Shown: positions 11,823-23,266, counted from the stretch's first letter. The stretch: 64,000 nt of DNA from Rhodospirillaceae bacterium (GCA_022843945.1 JALHMR010000002.1:72073-136072), one strand, 5' to 3'. Numbers and translations: made by a program. The notes: a model not told the origin generated them from the letters alone.

Positions 11823-11960
11823 GCTCCCCGCCGGTCGGCCTCAGTCTAAGTGAGGCGCTCGCTGGTCACCGTCTGCCACTGGACAGACCGGTTCCGCCGC
11901 CGGAGTCTAGAAAGCCTTGGTTAAGGAACCCTAACCTGCCTGGCAGGCGGAATCCGGCGC

Positions 11961-12470
11961 TCAGTACTGGACGAGCGCCTCGAAGGGCAGGTCGACGCGT
12001 TTGCGTCCGTCGAGGAAGGTCAGCTCGATGATGCAGGCGGCAGCCCGGACGTCACCGCCAGCCTTGCGCAGCAGCGACACCGCCGCCGCCAGGGTACCCC
12101 CGGTGGCGAGCACGTCATCGAGAATGACGACGCGCTGTCCCTTCTTTACGGCGTTGTCCTGGATCTCGATCGTATCGGTACCGTACTCGAGGGAGTAGGT
12201 GTGCGGGATGGTGCCGCCGGGCAGCTTGCCGCGCTTGCGCACCATCATGAAGCCGCAGCCAAGCTCGAGCGCCAGGGGAGCCGTGACCAGGAAGCCGCGC
12301 GATTCGATCCCGGCCAGCATTTCCGGCTTGTAGGGGCGGACGAGATCGGCGAGCTGCTTGATGGTCGCGCGCCACGCGTCCTTGTCGGCCAGCAGCGGCG
12401 AGATATCGCGGAACAGGATTCCCGGCTTCGGGAAATCCTGCACGTCGCGGATGAACGGCTTCAGATCCAT
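11961..12470 (-). CDS. apt: Adenine phosphoribosyltransferase
   Basis: [36 protein letters not shown] motif [13 protein letters not shown]. Confidence 0.96.
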   Translation of the reverse strand: MDLKPFIRDVQDFPKPGILFRDISPLLADKDAWRATIKQLADLVRPYKPEMLAGIESRGFLVTAPLALELGCGFMMVRKRGKLPGGTIPHTYSLEYGTDTIEIQDNAVKKGQRVVILDDVLATGGTLAAAVSLLRKAGGDVRAAACIIELTFLDGRKRVDLPFEALVQY

Positions 12471-12575
12471 GAAAATCCCCCAACGGCCGGTCGAATCCGG
12501 CCCACGCCGCAAAATTCGGCCGCAGCCTATCGGGCCGGCGCAGTTGCGCCAAGCCCTGTCATGCCGGCTGACGGC

Positions 12576-12950
12576 TTACTTCAGTGTCAGCAGATATGCG
12601 ATCAGGTTCTCGCGCTCGTCGTCTTTCTTGACGCCGGCGAAGGCCATGATCGTGCCGGGGATGACGCCCTTGGGATCCTTGAGGTAGGGATCGAGGGTCT
12701 GGGCGGACCAGGCGATGTTGGCGTTCTTGTTGGCCGCCGAATAGCGGAAGCCCTCGACCGAGCCTGATGTGCGGCCGACCAGGCCGGCCAGCGTCGGGCC
12801 CAGGCGCTTGGGGCCCTCGGCCGCGGTGATATGACAGGCGGTGCAGTACCGCCGGAAGACCTTTTCGCCCTCGGCGGCGTCGGCGGCCAGTACGGGGGTG
12901 GCCGTCATCGCCAGAAACGTCGCAACCGCTGCAAATCCTGCGCTCTTCAT
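12576..12950 (-). CDS. Class I cytochrome c (c2/c550-like)
   Basis: Signal peptide, CTACH heme motif, GPTL, PGTIM axial Met. Confidence 0.92.
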   Translation of the reverse strand: MKSAGFAAVATFLAMTATPVLAADAAEGEKVFRRYCTACHITAAEGPKRLGPTLAGLVGRTSGSVEGFRYSAANKNANIAWSAQTLDPYLKDPKGVIPGTIMAFAGVKKDDERENLIAYLLTLK

Positions 12951-13032
12951 TGTCTCTCTCTCCCAATCACCTGCGCGTCGATATAAGCGATAACGCGCCA
13001 CTGTCAACCTTGCTTCCCCGAAAACGGCTTCC

Positions 13033-14418
13033 CTACACGGACGGCCGCGAAAACGGCCGTGCTGCCTCGAAGGCGCGCGCCGCCCGCAGGACCGTGGCGT
13101 CGTCATGCCAGCGGCCGACCAGATGCAGGCCGATGGGCAGGCCCGCCTTGGTCAGGCCGCAGGGCACGCTCGCCGCCGGCTGGCGGCTCATGTTGAAGGG
13201 GTAGCTGAACGGTGTCCAATCGATCCAGTGCTCCTGGTTGTGCGGATCGCTGAGGTCGTAGCCGACCGGCAGGGCGGGCACCGCGACCGTGGGCGTGAGG
13301 AGCAGGTCATAGCGCCGGTGGAAGGCGACCATGGTCTGGATCAAATCGTTGCGGACCGCGTCGGCCGCGTACCAGTCGACGGCGCTCTTGGTGGCGCCGA
13401 AGCGCGCCGAGGCGACGAGACCGGGATCGATCTTGGTCTGCTGCTCGGGCGTGAACGCGGAAAGGACCTTCGCGGCGCCGCTCGTCCACAGCACCTTGAA
13501 GGCTTCGCGCGGGTTGGGGAAGCCGGGATCGACCGTGTCGACGATGGCGCCGAGCTCGCCGAAGACCTGCGCCGCGCGATCGAGCGAAGCGCGTACCTCC
13601 GGGTCGACCTTGGCGTAGCCCAGCGTCGGACTGTAGGCGATGCGCAGGCCCTTGATCCCGGTATCGAGGCCGGCGCTGACGCTCGGCTGATTGGGAGCGG
13701 CCCATGGGTCGCGCTCGTCATAGCCCGACAGCACGTCGAGCATCAGAGCCGTGTCCGCCACCGTGCGCGTCATCGGGCCGACATGGGCGACGATGCCGAA
13801 GGCGCTGGGCGGATAGGCCGGCACGCGGCCGAAGGTCGGCTTGATGCCGACGATGCCGGAGAAGGCGCACGGGATGCGGATCGAGCCGCCGCCATCGGTG
13901 CCCACGGCGAGCGGGCCCATGCCGGCGGCGACCTGCGCGGCGGCGCCGGCGCTGCTGCCGCCCGGCGTGTGCTCTGTATTCCAGGGGTTGCGCGTGATGC
14001 CGGTGAGCGGCGAATCGCCCAGCGCCTTCCAGCCGAATTCGGGCGTCGTCGTCTTGCCGAGGATGACGGCATTGGCCTCGCGCAGCCGGGCGGTGGCCGG
14101 CGCGTCCTCGGTCCAGGCCTGGTTCGGATCGACGAGCTTCGAGCCACGCAGGGTCGGCCAGCCCTTGGTCAGCAGGATGTCCTTGATCGACGCCGGCACG
14201 CCGTCGAGCGCGCCGGCCGGCGCGCCCTTGCTCCAGCGCGCTTCGGAAGCCTTGGCCGAAGCGAGCGCGCCGTCGGAGTCGATCAGGTTGAAGGCGTTGA
14301 GCTTCGGATTGAGCTCTTGGATACGCTCCAGTACGGCGCTCGTCGCCTCGACCGGCGACAGCGCCTTCTTGCGGTAAGCCGCGAGCAGCTCCGTGGCGGA
14401 CAGGTCAGCCGGGTTCAC
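13033..14418 (-). CDS. Amidase-signature family amidase
   Basis: GVPASIKD, GKTTTPEF, TPGGSSAG, GTDGGGSIRIP; GTG start at 14418 overlaps the upstream gene. Confidence 0.92.
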   Translation of the reverse strand: MNPADLSATELLAAYRKKALSPVEATSAVLERIQELNPKLNAFNLIDSDGALASAKASEARWSKGAPAGALDGVPASIKDILLTKGWPTLRGSKLVDPNQAWTEDAPATARLREANAVILGKTTTPEFGWKALGDSPLTGITRNPWNTEHTPGGSSAGAAAQVAAGMGPLAVGTDGGGSIRIPCAFSGIVGIKPTFGRVPAYPPSAFGIVAHVGPMTRTVADTALMLDVLSGYDERDPWAAPNQPSVSAGLDTGIKGLRIAYSPTLGYAKVDPEVRASLDRAAQVFGELGAIVDTVDPGFPNPREAFKVLWTSGAAKVLSAFTPEQQTKIDPGLVASARFGATKSAVDWYAADAVRNDLIQTMVAFHRRYDLLLTPTVAVPALPVGYDLSDPHNQEHWIDWTPFSYPFNMSRQPAASVPCGLTKAGLPIGLHLVGRWHDDATVLRAARAFEAARPFSRPSV

Positions 14419-15553
14419 GCGTGGTCTCGAGCCATTTCCCGGCGATGACCATGCCCGCCGGAAACAGGCGCTGCTCGCCGCGGAAGGTTTCACCGACCAC
14501 GTCGACGTAGTCGTAGGCGCCCTTTTCGAGGGACAGCACCGAGACATCGCCGATCCCGCCGGCTTTCAGGCTGCCCAGCTCCGGCCGGCGCAGGGCCGCG
14601 GCCGGGGCGGCGGTCGACGCCTTGATCACGGCTTCGAGGCTCATGCCCAAACAAAGCATCTTGGACATCGTGACCAGTTGGTCGAAGGCCGGCCCGTTGA
14701 TGCTCAGCTCGTGGGCGTCGCTGGAGATGACATCGGGCTCGAAGCCGGCGGCCAGGGCTGCGCGCGCCGTGCGGAAGCCGAACGAGCCGCCGCCATGGCC
14801 GATGTCGAAGATGATGCCGCGCTCGCGCGCCTCCAGGACCTCTTCGCGCAGGCTGCCGTCGCCCATCGCCGGCCCGCCGGGAAAGGGCCGGAAGCAGTGG
14901 GTCAGGACGTCGCCGCGGCGCAGGCGGGTCAGCACCTCGCGGCTCGACGGCGGCGGCCGGTCGAGATGGGCCATGATCGGCACGCCGAGCTCGTCGGCGG
15001 CGGCGAGCGCGATGTCCATCGCCGCGATGCCGGTGCCGAAGCTGGCGACGCCGCCGACCCGCACCTTGATCCCGACGATCAGGTCCATGTGCTGGCGCGC
15101 GACGCGCACGCATTCGACCGGATCGACGAGGCGGATGTCGCTGTTCTCGCCGACCATCACCGCCTTGGCGAAGGCGAAGATGCCAGCGAAAGAGATGTTG
15201 ATGTAGGGCAGGATGCGGACCGGCGAGGGCTCGATGATGTGCTTGCGGAAGCCCGGGAAGTTGCCGGGTCCCGCGCTGCCGGCATCGACCAAAGTCGTAC
15301 AGGCGCTGCGCCTGGCCAGCATCTCCGGATCGACGCCGAGCGATGTGCCGCCCCAGTAGACATGGGTGTGCAGGTCGATCAGGCCGGGGGTGACGAGCTT
15401 GCCGGTGACGTCACGGGTAGCGCGCGCCTGGCGGGCCAGGTCGGGGCCGATGGCGGCGACCTTGCCGCCGGCAAAGGCGACATCGGCACGGGTATCGAGC
15501 TTCTGGGCCGGGTCGAGGACGCGCCCCCCGGTCAGGACGAGATCATAAGTCAT
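14405..15553 (-). CDS. Amidohydrolase/deacetylase-family metallohydrolase (dihydroorotase-like)
   Basis: PGLIDLHTH, DAGSAG, GIKVR, LTHCF, FDIGHGGGSF, ISSD. Confidence 0.9.
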   Translation of the reverse strand: MTYDLVLTGGRVLDPAQKLDTRADVAFAGGKVAAIGPDLARQARATRDVTGKLVTPGLIDLHTHVYWGGTSLGVDPEMLARRSACTTLVDAGSAGPGNFPGFRKHIIEPSPVRILPYINISFAGIFAFAKAVMVGENSDIRLVDPVECVRVARQHMDLIVGIKVRVGGVASFGTGIAAMDIALAAADELGVPIMAHLDRPPPSSREVLTRLRRGDVLTHCFRPFPGGPAMGDGSLREEVLEARERGIIFDIGHGGGSFGFRTARAALAAGFEPDVISSDAHELSINGPAFDQLVTMSKMLCLGMSLEAVIKASTAAPAAALRRPELGSLKAGGIGDVSVLSLEKGAYDYVDVVGETFRGEQRLFPAGMVIAGKWLETTREPG

Positions 15554-15624
15554 GGTGGCGCACTATCGGGCAGAGCGCCCCGCGCGACAAGTCAGGGAAG
15601 ATAAAGGCCGGTCTGAAAAGAGCT

Positions 15625-15654
15625 GCGGGCCCATCGCCTTCGCGATGGGCCCGC
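15625..15654. other. Perfect 13-bp hairpin in divergent intergenic region
   Basis: GCGGGCCCATCGC-CTTC-GCGATGGGCCCGC. Confidence 0.7.
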
Positions 15655-15936
15655 GCGCGCCGGCCTTCCCCCCCGGGAGGCGGCGCTAGTCTCAAACCGG
15701 CCGGGAGGATGGCAGGATGCCCCGGCCCGTGCAATCGTTTGCGGCGCCCGCCGTGCACGGAGCCGGAGCACTGTTGCAAAATGGCAGCGCCTTGCCGGGT
15801 GCCCCGGGTTATGCCTCAATGTTAAGCATACCCGCGTCATCGGGGAGGCGATGACCGTGTGGCATAAGATTCGCAGACCGTGATCTGCAGGGCTGGGTCG
15901 TATCCGCGCGAAAATCGCGCTCAGGGAGGTTATCCG

Positions 15937-17532
15937 ATGAAGCTTTCGTTCTCGTCCGTGCTCAAGGCCTCGGCGCTGGTCGCCGCGGCCGTCTTGCTGG
16001 CGCCGTCCGACGCCACCGCCCAATCCGGCGGCAAGACGCTGCGCTTTATCCCGCAATCGGATCTGCGGGTGCTTGATCCGATCTGGACCACCGGCTACGT
16101 GGTGCGCAACCACGCTTACATGATCTACGACGTGCTCTTCGCCGTGGATGCGGACTTCAACGTCAAGCCGCAGATGGCCGAAGGCTATACGCTGAGCGAC
16201 GACAAGCTCACCTACACCATCACGCTGCGCGACGGCCTCAAGTGGCATGACGGCGCGCCGGTGACGTCGGCCGATGCGATCGCCTCGCTCGAGCGCTGGA
16301 GCAAGAAGGACCCGTTCGGCGGCACGCTGTACCAGAACGTCGCCTCGGTGGAGAAGGTCAACGACAAGTCCTTCAAGATCGTCCTGCGCAAGCCGTTCCC
16401 GCTGATCATGGACGCGCTGGCCAAGCCGTCGTCGAACGTGCCCTTCATCATGCCGGAGCGCGTCGCCAAGACCGACGCCAACGAGCAGATCAAGGAGACC
16501 ATCGGCTCCGGCCCGTTCCGCTTCGTGGCCGGCGAATGGGTACCCGGCGTCAAGGCGGTCTATGCCAAGAACACCGACTACGTGCCGCGCAAGGAGCCGC
16601 CGTCCTGGGGCTCGGGCGGCAAGGTGGTCAAGGTCGACCGCGTCGAGTGGGTAACCATCCCCGACACGGCGACGGCCGCCGCGGCGCTGGCTGCCGGCGA
16701 GGTCGACTGGTGGGAGCAGCCCCCCGGCGATCTCGTGCCGCTGCTGTCGCGCAACCGCGACATCAAGGTCGAGAACATCGATCCGCTGGGATCGATCGGT
16801 ATCGTGCGCTTCAACCACCTGCACCCGCCGTTCAACAATCCCAAGATGCGGCAGGCGCTGTTGCACGTCATCAACCAGCGCGACTACCTGCTGGGCATTG
16901 CCGGCGACGAGAAGAACGGCAAGCCCTGCATGTCGTTCTTCACCTGCGGCACGCCGATGGCGAGCACCGTCGGCAGCGAGGTGATGAGCGCTGCGCGCAG
17001 CCTCGACAAGGGTAAGGCGCTGGTCGCCGAGTCCGGCTACAAGGGCGAGAAGGTGGTGGTGCTTTCGGCCACCGACCAGCCGATCGTCCATGCCCAGGCG
17101 CTGCTGACCACCGACGCGCTGAAGAAGATCGGCGTCAACGCCGAGGTCGCGGTCAGCGACTGGGGCACGCTGCTCAACCGCCGCGCCAACAAGGAAACCA
17201 ACGACAAGGGCGGGTGGAACATCTTCCACACCTGGTGGGTGGGCACCGACCTGGCCAACCCGGCCGTCAACGCGCCAATGCGCGGTAACGGCGAGCGCGG
17301 CTGGTTCGGCTGGTCCAACGACGAGGAGCTGGAGAAGCTGCGCACTGCCTGGTTCGATGCGCCCGACGTCGCGGCCCAGAAGAAGATCGCCGAGGACATC
17401 CAGAAGCGCGGCTGGGAAGTAGTGCCGTTCATTCCGACGGCACAGTTCATCCTGCCGACGGCGTTCCGCCGGAACATCGAGGGCGTGATCATCGCCCCCG
17501 TTACCTTCCTCTGGAACGTTGAGAAGAAGTAA
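15937..17532 (+). CDS. Dpp/Opp-family ABC transporter substrate-binding protein
   Basis: Signal peptide, LDPIWTT, LRDGLKWHDG, IGSGPFRF; GGAGG RBS. Confidence 0.95.
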   Translation: MKLSFSSVLKASALVAAAVLLAPSDATAQSGGKTLRFIPQSDLRVLDPIWTTGYVVRNHAYMIYDVLFAVDADFNVKPQMAEGYTLSDDKLTYTITLRDGLKWHDGAPVTSADAIASLERWSKKDPFGGTLYQNVASVEKVNDKSFKIVLRKPFPLIMDALAKPSSNVPFIMPERVAKTDANEQIKETIGSGPFRFVAGEWVPGVKAVYAKNTDYVPRKEPPSWGSGGKVVKVDRVEWVTIPDTATAAAALAAGEVDWWEQPPGDLVPLLSRNRDIKVENIDPLGSIGIVRFNHLHPPFNNPKMRQALLHVINQRDYLLGIAGDEKNGKPCMSFFTCGTPMASTVGSEVMSAARSLDKGKALVAESGYKGEKVVVLSATDQPIVHAQALLTTDALKKIGVNAEVAVSDWGTLLNRRANKETNDKGGWNIFHTWWVGTDLANPAVNAPMRGNGERGWFGWSNDEELEKLRTAWFDAPDVAAQKKIAEDIQKRGWEVVPFIPTAQFILPTAFRRNIEGVIIAPVTFLWNVEKK

Positions 17533-17543
17533 TCGCGGGTATA

Positions 17544-17575
17544 GCCCCTTACCCGCCGACTAGCGGGTGAGGGGC
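17544..17575 (+). terminator. Stem-loop after the SBP gene (terminator/mRNA stabiliser)
   Basis: GCCCCTTACCCGC-CGACTA-GCGGGTGAGGGGC between the SBP and first permease genes. Confidence 0.65.
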
Positions 17576-17586
17576 CTTCAACAGAC

Positions 17587-18528
17587 GTGTTCGCCTACAT
17601 CGTTCGACGACTGCTGGCGACCATCCCCGTCATGGGGGTGGTTGCGCTCTTCGTCTTCTCGCTGCTCTATCTGACGCCCGGGGACCCGGCCGTCATCATC
17701 GCCGGCGACTTCGCCACCGGCGACGACGTCGCGCGCATCCGCGCCAAGCTCGGCCTTGACCGCCCGTTCGGCGTGCGTTTCGGCGAATGGGCGTGGGCCA
17801 TCCTGCGCGGGGATCTTGGGATCTCGATCTTCACCAACCTGCCGGTGACCACGCTGATCGGCCAGCGCGTCGAGCCGACCGTGGCGTTGACCTTGTCGAC
17901 GTTGCTGGTCGCCGTGGTGCTCGCCGTGCCGATGGGCGTGCTGGCGGCGTGGAAGGCGGGGCGCTGGCTCGACCGGCTGGTCATGGGCTTCGCGGTGCTG
18001 GGATTTTCCGTGCCGATTTTCGTGCTGGCGTATCTGCTGATCTTCTTCTTCTCGATCTATCTCGAGTGGCTGCCGGTCCAGGGCTACACCAGCATCAGCC
18101 AGGGCTTCTGGCCGTTCCTCGAACGCCTGATCCTGCCCAGCGTGGCGCTCGGCGTGACCTACATCGCGCTCATCGCCCGCATCACCCGGGCCTCGATGCT
18201 CGAGGTCCTGTCCCAGGACTACATCCGCACCGCCGAGGCCAAGGGCCTCGCGGCCGACAAGGTCCTGGTCGGCCACGCGCTCAAGAATGCCGCCGTGCCG
18301 ATCATCACCATCATCGGCATCGGCATCGCGCTGCTCATCTCCGGCGTCGTCGTCACCGAGACGGTATTCGCCATTCCCGGCATCGGTCGGCTGGTGGTCG
18401 ACGCCATCCTGCGCCGCGACTACCCGATCATCCAGGGCGTGATCCTGATCTTCTCGGCCGTCTACGTGCTGATCAACCTCGCGGTCGACATCAGCTACAC
18501 CTTCCTCGACCCGCGGATCCGCTACTGA
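17587..18528 (+). CDS. Dpp/Opp ABC permease (DppB-like)
   Basis: PGDPA, GDLGIS, DYIRTAEAKGL (EAA loop), RDYPIIQG, DPRIRY. Confidence 0.95.
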   Translation: MFAYIVRRLLATIPVMGVVALFVFSLLYLTPGDPAVIIAGDFATGDDVARIRAKLGLDRPFGVRFGEWAWAILRGDLGISIFTNLPVTTLIGQRVEPTVALTLSTLLVAVVLAVPMGVLAAWKAGRWLDRLVMGFAVLGFSVPIFVLAYLLIFFFSIYLEWLPVQGYTSISQGFWPFLERLILPSVALGVTYIALIARITRASMLEVLSQDYIRTAEAKGLAADKVLVGHALKNAAVPIITIIGIGIALLISGVVVTETVFAIPGIGRLVVDAILRRDYPIIQGVILIFSAVYVLINLAVDISYTFLDPRIRY

Positions 18529-19409
18529 TGGCGACCGTCCCTTCCGCCGCCCCGCTTGATATCGCCACTCCGCCCCGTGGCATGGTCCGCGACGCGCTGC
18601 GTCGCCACCCGACGATGATCGTCGGCATCATCCTCCTCGTCGCCATGGTGCTGATGGCGGTCTTCGCCCCCTATCTCTGGACGATCGATCCGCAGGACCT
18701 GTCGCCGGTCCGGCGCCTGCGCCAGCCTTCCGAACTCTACTGGTTCGGCACCGACATGCTGGGCCGCGACGTCTACAGCCGCACCGTCTACGGGGCGCGT
18801 ATCTCCCTGATCGTCGGCATCGCGGTCGCGGTGCTGAGCGTCGGCATCGGCCTGTTCTTCGGCCTGATCACCGGCTACGTGCGCCTGGCCGACACGCTGA
18901 TCATGCGGGTGATGGACGGCTTGATGTCTATCCCGCCGATCCTGCTAGCCATCGCGCTCATGGCGCTGACCAAGGCCAGCCTGGAGAACGTGATCATCGC
19001 CATCACTATCGCCGAGGTGCCGCGCGTCGCGCGCCTGGTGCGCAGCGTGGTGCTGTCCTTGCGCGAGCAGCCCTTCGTCGAGGCGGCGGTCGCCTCGGGC
19101 ACGCGCTTCCACCGCATCCTGCTGCGCCACATTTTACCGAACACGGTCGCTCCGTTGCTCGTTCAAGGCACCTATATCTGTGCCTCGGCGATGATCACCG
19201 AGGCGATCCTCAGCTTCATCGGCGCCGGCACGCCGCCGACCATCCCGAGCTGGGGCAACATCATGGCCGAGGGGCGGAGCCTGTTCCAGATCGCCTGGTA
19301 CATCATCCTGTTCCCCGGGATCTTCCTCTCGGTCGCCGTGCTGGCGGTCAACCTGGTCGGCGACGGGCTGCGCGACGCCCTCGACCCGCGTCTCGCCCGG
19401 CGCATGTAG
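18528..19409 (+). CDS. Dpp/Opp ABC permease (DppC-like)
   Basis: FGTDMLGRD, FVEAA, HILPN, GDGLRDALDP; TGATG overlap with the previous gene. Confidence 0.95.
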   Translation: MATVPSAAPLDIATPPRGMVRDALRRHPTMIVGIILLVAMVLMAVFAPYLWTIDPQDLSPVRRLRQPSELYWFGTDMLGRDVYSRTVYGARISLIVGIAVAVLSVGIGLFFGLITGYVRLADTLIMRVMDGLMSIPPILLAIALMALTKASLENVIIAITIAEVPRVARLVRSVVLSLREQPFVEAAVASGTRFHRILLRHILPNTVAPLLVQGTYICASAMITEAILSFIGAGTPPTIPSWGNIMAEGRSLFQIAWYIILFPGIFLSVAVLAVNLVGDGLRDALDPRLARRM

Positions 19410-19411
19410 CC

Positions 19412-20397
<986 letters not shown>

Positions 20398-20401
<4 letters not shown>

Positions 20402-21402
20402 GCGTGCCCCTCCTTCAGGTCGCCGACCTCAAGAAGCATTTCCCGGTGCGCAAGGGCCTCCTGTCACGCACCGTGGGGCAGGTCTATGCGGTCGACGGCA
20501 TCACCTTCTCCCTCGACAAGGGAGAGACGCTCGGCCTGGTCGGCGAATCCGGCTGCGGCAAGTCGACGGCCGGCAAGACCATCCTGCGCCTGATCGAGCC
20601 GACCTCGGGCACCATCCGGGTCAACGGCGAGCGGATCGACGCGCTGAGCCGCGGCGCCATGCGGCCGTGGCGGCGCGAGCTGCAGGTCGTCTTCCAAGAC
20701 CCGTATTCCTCGCTCAATCCGCGCATGAATGCCGGCGATATCGTGGCCGAGCCGCTGGTCAATTACGGCCTCGCTTCCGGCCAGGCGCTCAAGGACAGGG
20801 TGTCCGGCCTGTTCGCCAAGGTCGGCCTGCGGCCGGAGCAGATGCAGCGCTACCCGCACGAATTCTCCGGCGGCCAGCGCCAGCGCATCGGCATCGCCCG
20901 GGCGCTGGCCCTCAATCCCGGCCTGATCGTCTGCGACGAGCCGGTCTCCGCATTGGACGTCTCGGTGCAGGCGCAGGTGATCAACCTGCTGATGGACCTG
21001 CAGGGCGAGTTCGGCCTGTCCTACCTGTTCATCGCCCACGACCTGGCGGTGGTCGAGCACATCAGCCACCGCATCGCGGTCATGTATCTGGGCAAGATCG
21101 TCGAGCTCACCGACAAGCGCTCGCTCTTCGCCAGCCCGCAGCATCCCTATACCGAGGCGCTGCTCTCGGCCGTGCCGGTGCCCGACCCCAAGGCAAGGCG
21201 CAAGCGCATCATCCTGTCGGGCGACGTGCCCAGCCCGATCAATCCGCCGCCCGGCTGCCGCTTCCACACCCGCTGTCCCTATGCCGAGGCGCGCTGCAAG
21301 GTCGAGGAGCCGGCGATGCGCGAGGTGCGACCCGGGCATTTCGTCGCCTGTCACCTGCGCAAGGTCGACGAGACGGCCTTCGCCACCATCGCGCGCGCCT
21401 GA
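20398..21402 (+). CDS. Dpp/Opp ABC ATPase (DppF-like)
   Basis: [33 protein letters not shown]. Confidence 0.95.
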
Positions 21403-21524
21403 CGCTCCCGCACCCCCGCGATATGACATCGCGCTTTTGGTGTCCCGGTACGAACCGTTTTTCAGAACCCATGTTATGACGGGGGCGGCGGTCGGGTTTG
21501 GGGTTCTGGTTCCTGGGGGTCTAC

Positions 21525-21923
21525 GTGTTCCTGCTCCAGCAGATCGTGGCGCTGCCATCGGTCAGCCATCCGGTCGTCGTCTTCGGGCTCTATGGCGTGG
21601 GCGCCATCGCCGGCGCGGTCATCGGCAGTGCCATCAGCCCGCGGCTGCAGCAGCTTGCCGTCCGTGTCGCGCCGGTAAGCCAGGGCTTCAGCGTGGCGCT
21701 GGGCGTGCTGCTGGCCTCCGCGCTCCTCTCCGCCATCGGCTGGAGCTACCTGTGGAACGCGCCGGTGGCCGGCCTCTGCGTGCTCGGCAGCTACGTGGTC
21801 TGCGGCCTGGTCTATCGCACGCAGCGCTGGCCGTTCGGCAACGCGGTGATGGACGGGGTGTTCTGCGGCTTCCTGCTCTCGCTGGTCGGCGTCGCGCTCG
21901 GACTCGATCCCGCCGTCATCTAG
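21525..21923 (+). CDS. Hypothetical 4-TM membrane protein (paralog A)
   Basis: Hydrophobic ORF; GTG start at 21525 chosen because VFLLQ aligns with MFLLL of the adjacent paralog. Confidence 0.7.
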   Translation: MFLLQQIVALPSVSHPVVVFGLYGVGAIAGAVIGSAISPRLQQLAVRVAPVSQGFSVALGVLLASALLSAIGWSYLWNAPVAGLCVLGSYVVCGLVYRTQRWPFGNAVMDGVFCGFLLSLVGVALGLDPAVI

Positions 21924-21942
21924 CGCGCCGCGGCAGCACCCC

Positions 21943-22350
21943 ATGTTCCTGCTGCTGGATCTCCTGGCGCTCCAGCCTTTCTGCCCGTCCTTCGCGGTCG
22001 GCTTCCTCTATGTCGTCGGCGGCGTGGCCGGCGTGTTTGCCGGCGACACGCTTCATGTGCGCTGGAAGGAGCTGGGCGAGGAGCGCGCCATCACCCTGAT
22101 GACCGATGTCGAGCTGGCGCTGCTCATCCTGGTATCCACCGCGGTCTTCTCCGCCCTCGGCTGGGGCCTGTGGTGGAACCTGCCGCTCAGCATCCTGATC
22201 GGCGCGGTGTTCTACATCTTGGGCGGGGTGTGCTTCTGCAAGCCGACCGACCTGCGCCCCGGCGATGCGGTCGCCATGGGCCTGCTCGCCGGTTTCATGC
22301 CGGCCTTCGTCGGGCTCGGCTATCGCTATCTTGAAGCCGGGATCAGCTAG
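21943..22350 (+). CDS. Hypothetical 4-TM membrane protein (paralog B)
   Basis: Hydrophobic 135-aa ORF, colinear with 21525..21923. Confidence 0.75.
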   Translation: MFLLLDLLALQPFCPSFAVGFLYVVGGVAGVFAGDTLHVRWKELGEERAITLMTDVELALLILVSTAVFSALGWGLWWNLPLSILIGAVFYILGGVCFCKPTDLRPGDAVAMGLLAGFMPAFVGLGYRYLEAGIS

Positions 22351-23240
22351 GCCAGCGCCGTCCGCAGCCGCTTGGCGGCGAAGTCGACGAACGCCCGGAC
22401 CCGCGCATTGGCCCGCCGCCCCTCCAGGTGAACGAGGTGGATGGGGATGGGCGGCGGCTCATAGTCTTCCAGCACGGCTTTCAGGCGCCCACTCTTGAGC
22501 TCGCGCGCCACCTGATAGGAGAGCACGCGGGTCAGCCCACGCCCCTCCGTCGCGGCGGCGATCGCCACCTCGGTATCGTTGACCTGCAGCAGGGTGCGCG
22601 GCGCGGCGGGGATGCGGCGGCTGCCGACCTTGAACGCCCAGGGATCACCCACCGAGACCGGAGCGAAGGCAATCCCGTCGTGACGGGCGAGATCCGCCGG
22701 GCGTCGCGGCGTGCCCCGGGCCTTGAGATAGGCCGGCGAGGCGCAAACCACGCGTCGGACCTCGCCGACCCGCGCAGCGCTCAACGCTGAATCGGCGAGG
22801 GGCGCGATACGTACCGCCACGTCGAGCCCTTCCTCGATCAGGTCGGTGACGCGGTCGAGCAGGACCAGGCGACCCTCGACCTGCGGGTAGCGGTCGAGGA
22901 AGGCGAGCATGACCGGCGCCACGAAGCGCCGGCCGAACATCTGCGAGGCGGTGACCGCCAGCGGGCCGCGCGGCTCGGCTTGTGCCCCGGCGGCAGTCGT
23001 CTCCGCCTCTTCGATCTCGCCCAGGATACGGCGGGCATCGGCCAGGTAGCGCTCGCCCGTGTCGGTGAGGCGCACCTGCCGGGTGGTGCGGTGGAAGAGA
23101 CGCGTCCCCAGCCGCGCCTCGATCGCGGCGACGGCTCGCGTCACGGCCGGGGGCGAAAGACCCAGGCGGCGCGCCGCGGCGCCGAAGCCCTGAAGCTCGG
23201 CGACGGCCACGAAGGCGCGCATGGCGTCGAAACGGTCCAT
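22347..23240 (-). CDS. LysR-family transcriptional regulator
   Basis: MDRFDAMRAFVAVAE..GF.AAARRL HTH, LFHRTTR, DLIEEGLDVAVR. Confidence 0.95.
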   Translation of the reverse strand: MDRFDAMRAFVAVAELQGFGAAARRLGLSPPAVTRAVAAIEARLGTRLFHRTTRQVRLTDTGERYLADARRILGEIEEAETTAAGAQAEPRGPLAVTASQMFGRRFVAPVMLAFLDRYPQVEGRLVLLDRVTDLIEEGLDVAVRIAPLADSALSAARVGEVRRVVCASPAYLKARGTPRRPADLARHDGIAFAPVSVGDPWAFKVGSRRIPAAPRTLLQVNDTEVAIAAATEGRGLTRVLSYQVARELKSGRLKAVLEDYEPPPIPIHLVHLEGRRANARVRAFVDFAAKRLRTALA

Positions 23241-23243
23241 GTC

Positions 23244-23266
23244 ACTATTTCAATATATGAAATAGT
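23244..23266. promoter_or_regulatory. Putative LysR recognition site
   Basis: Perfect inverted repeat ACTATTTCA-ATATA-TGAAATAGT (contains T-N11-A) just upstream of lysR, divergent from GST. Confidence 0.75.

Noticed and set aside
21423-21497. Upstream in-frame ATG...TGA suggesting paralog A is a pseudogene
   Set aside because: Alignment with paralog B places the start at GTG 21525, downstream of that stop.
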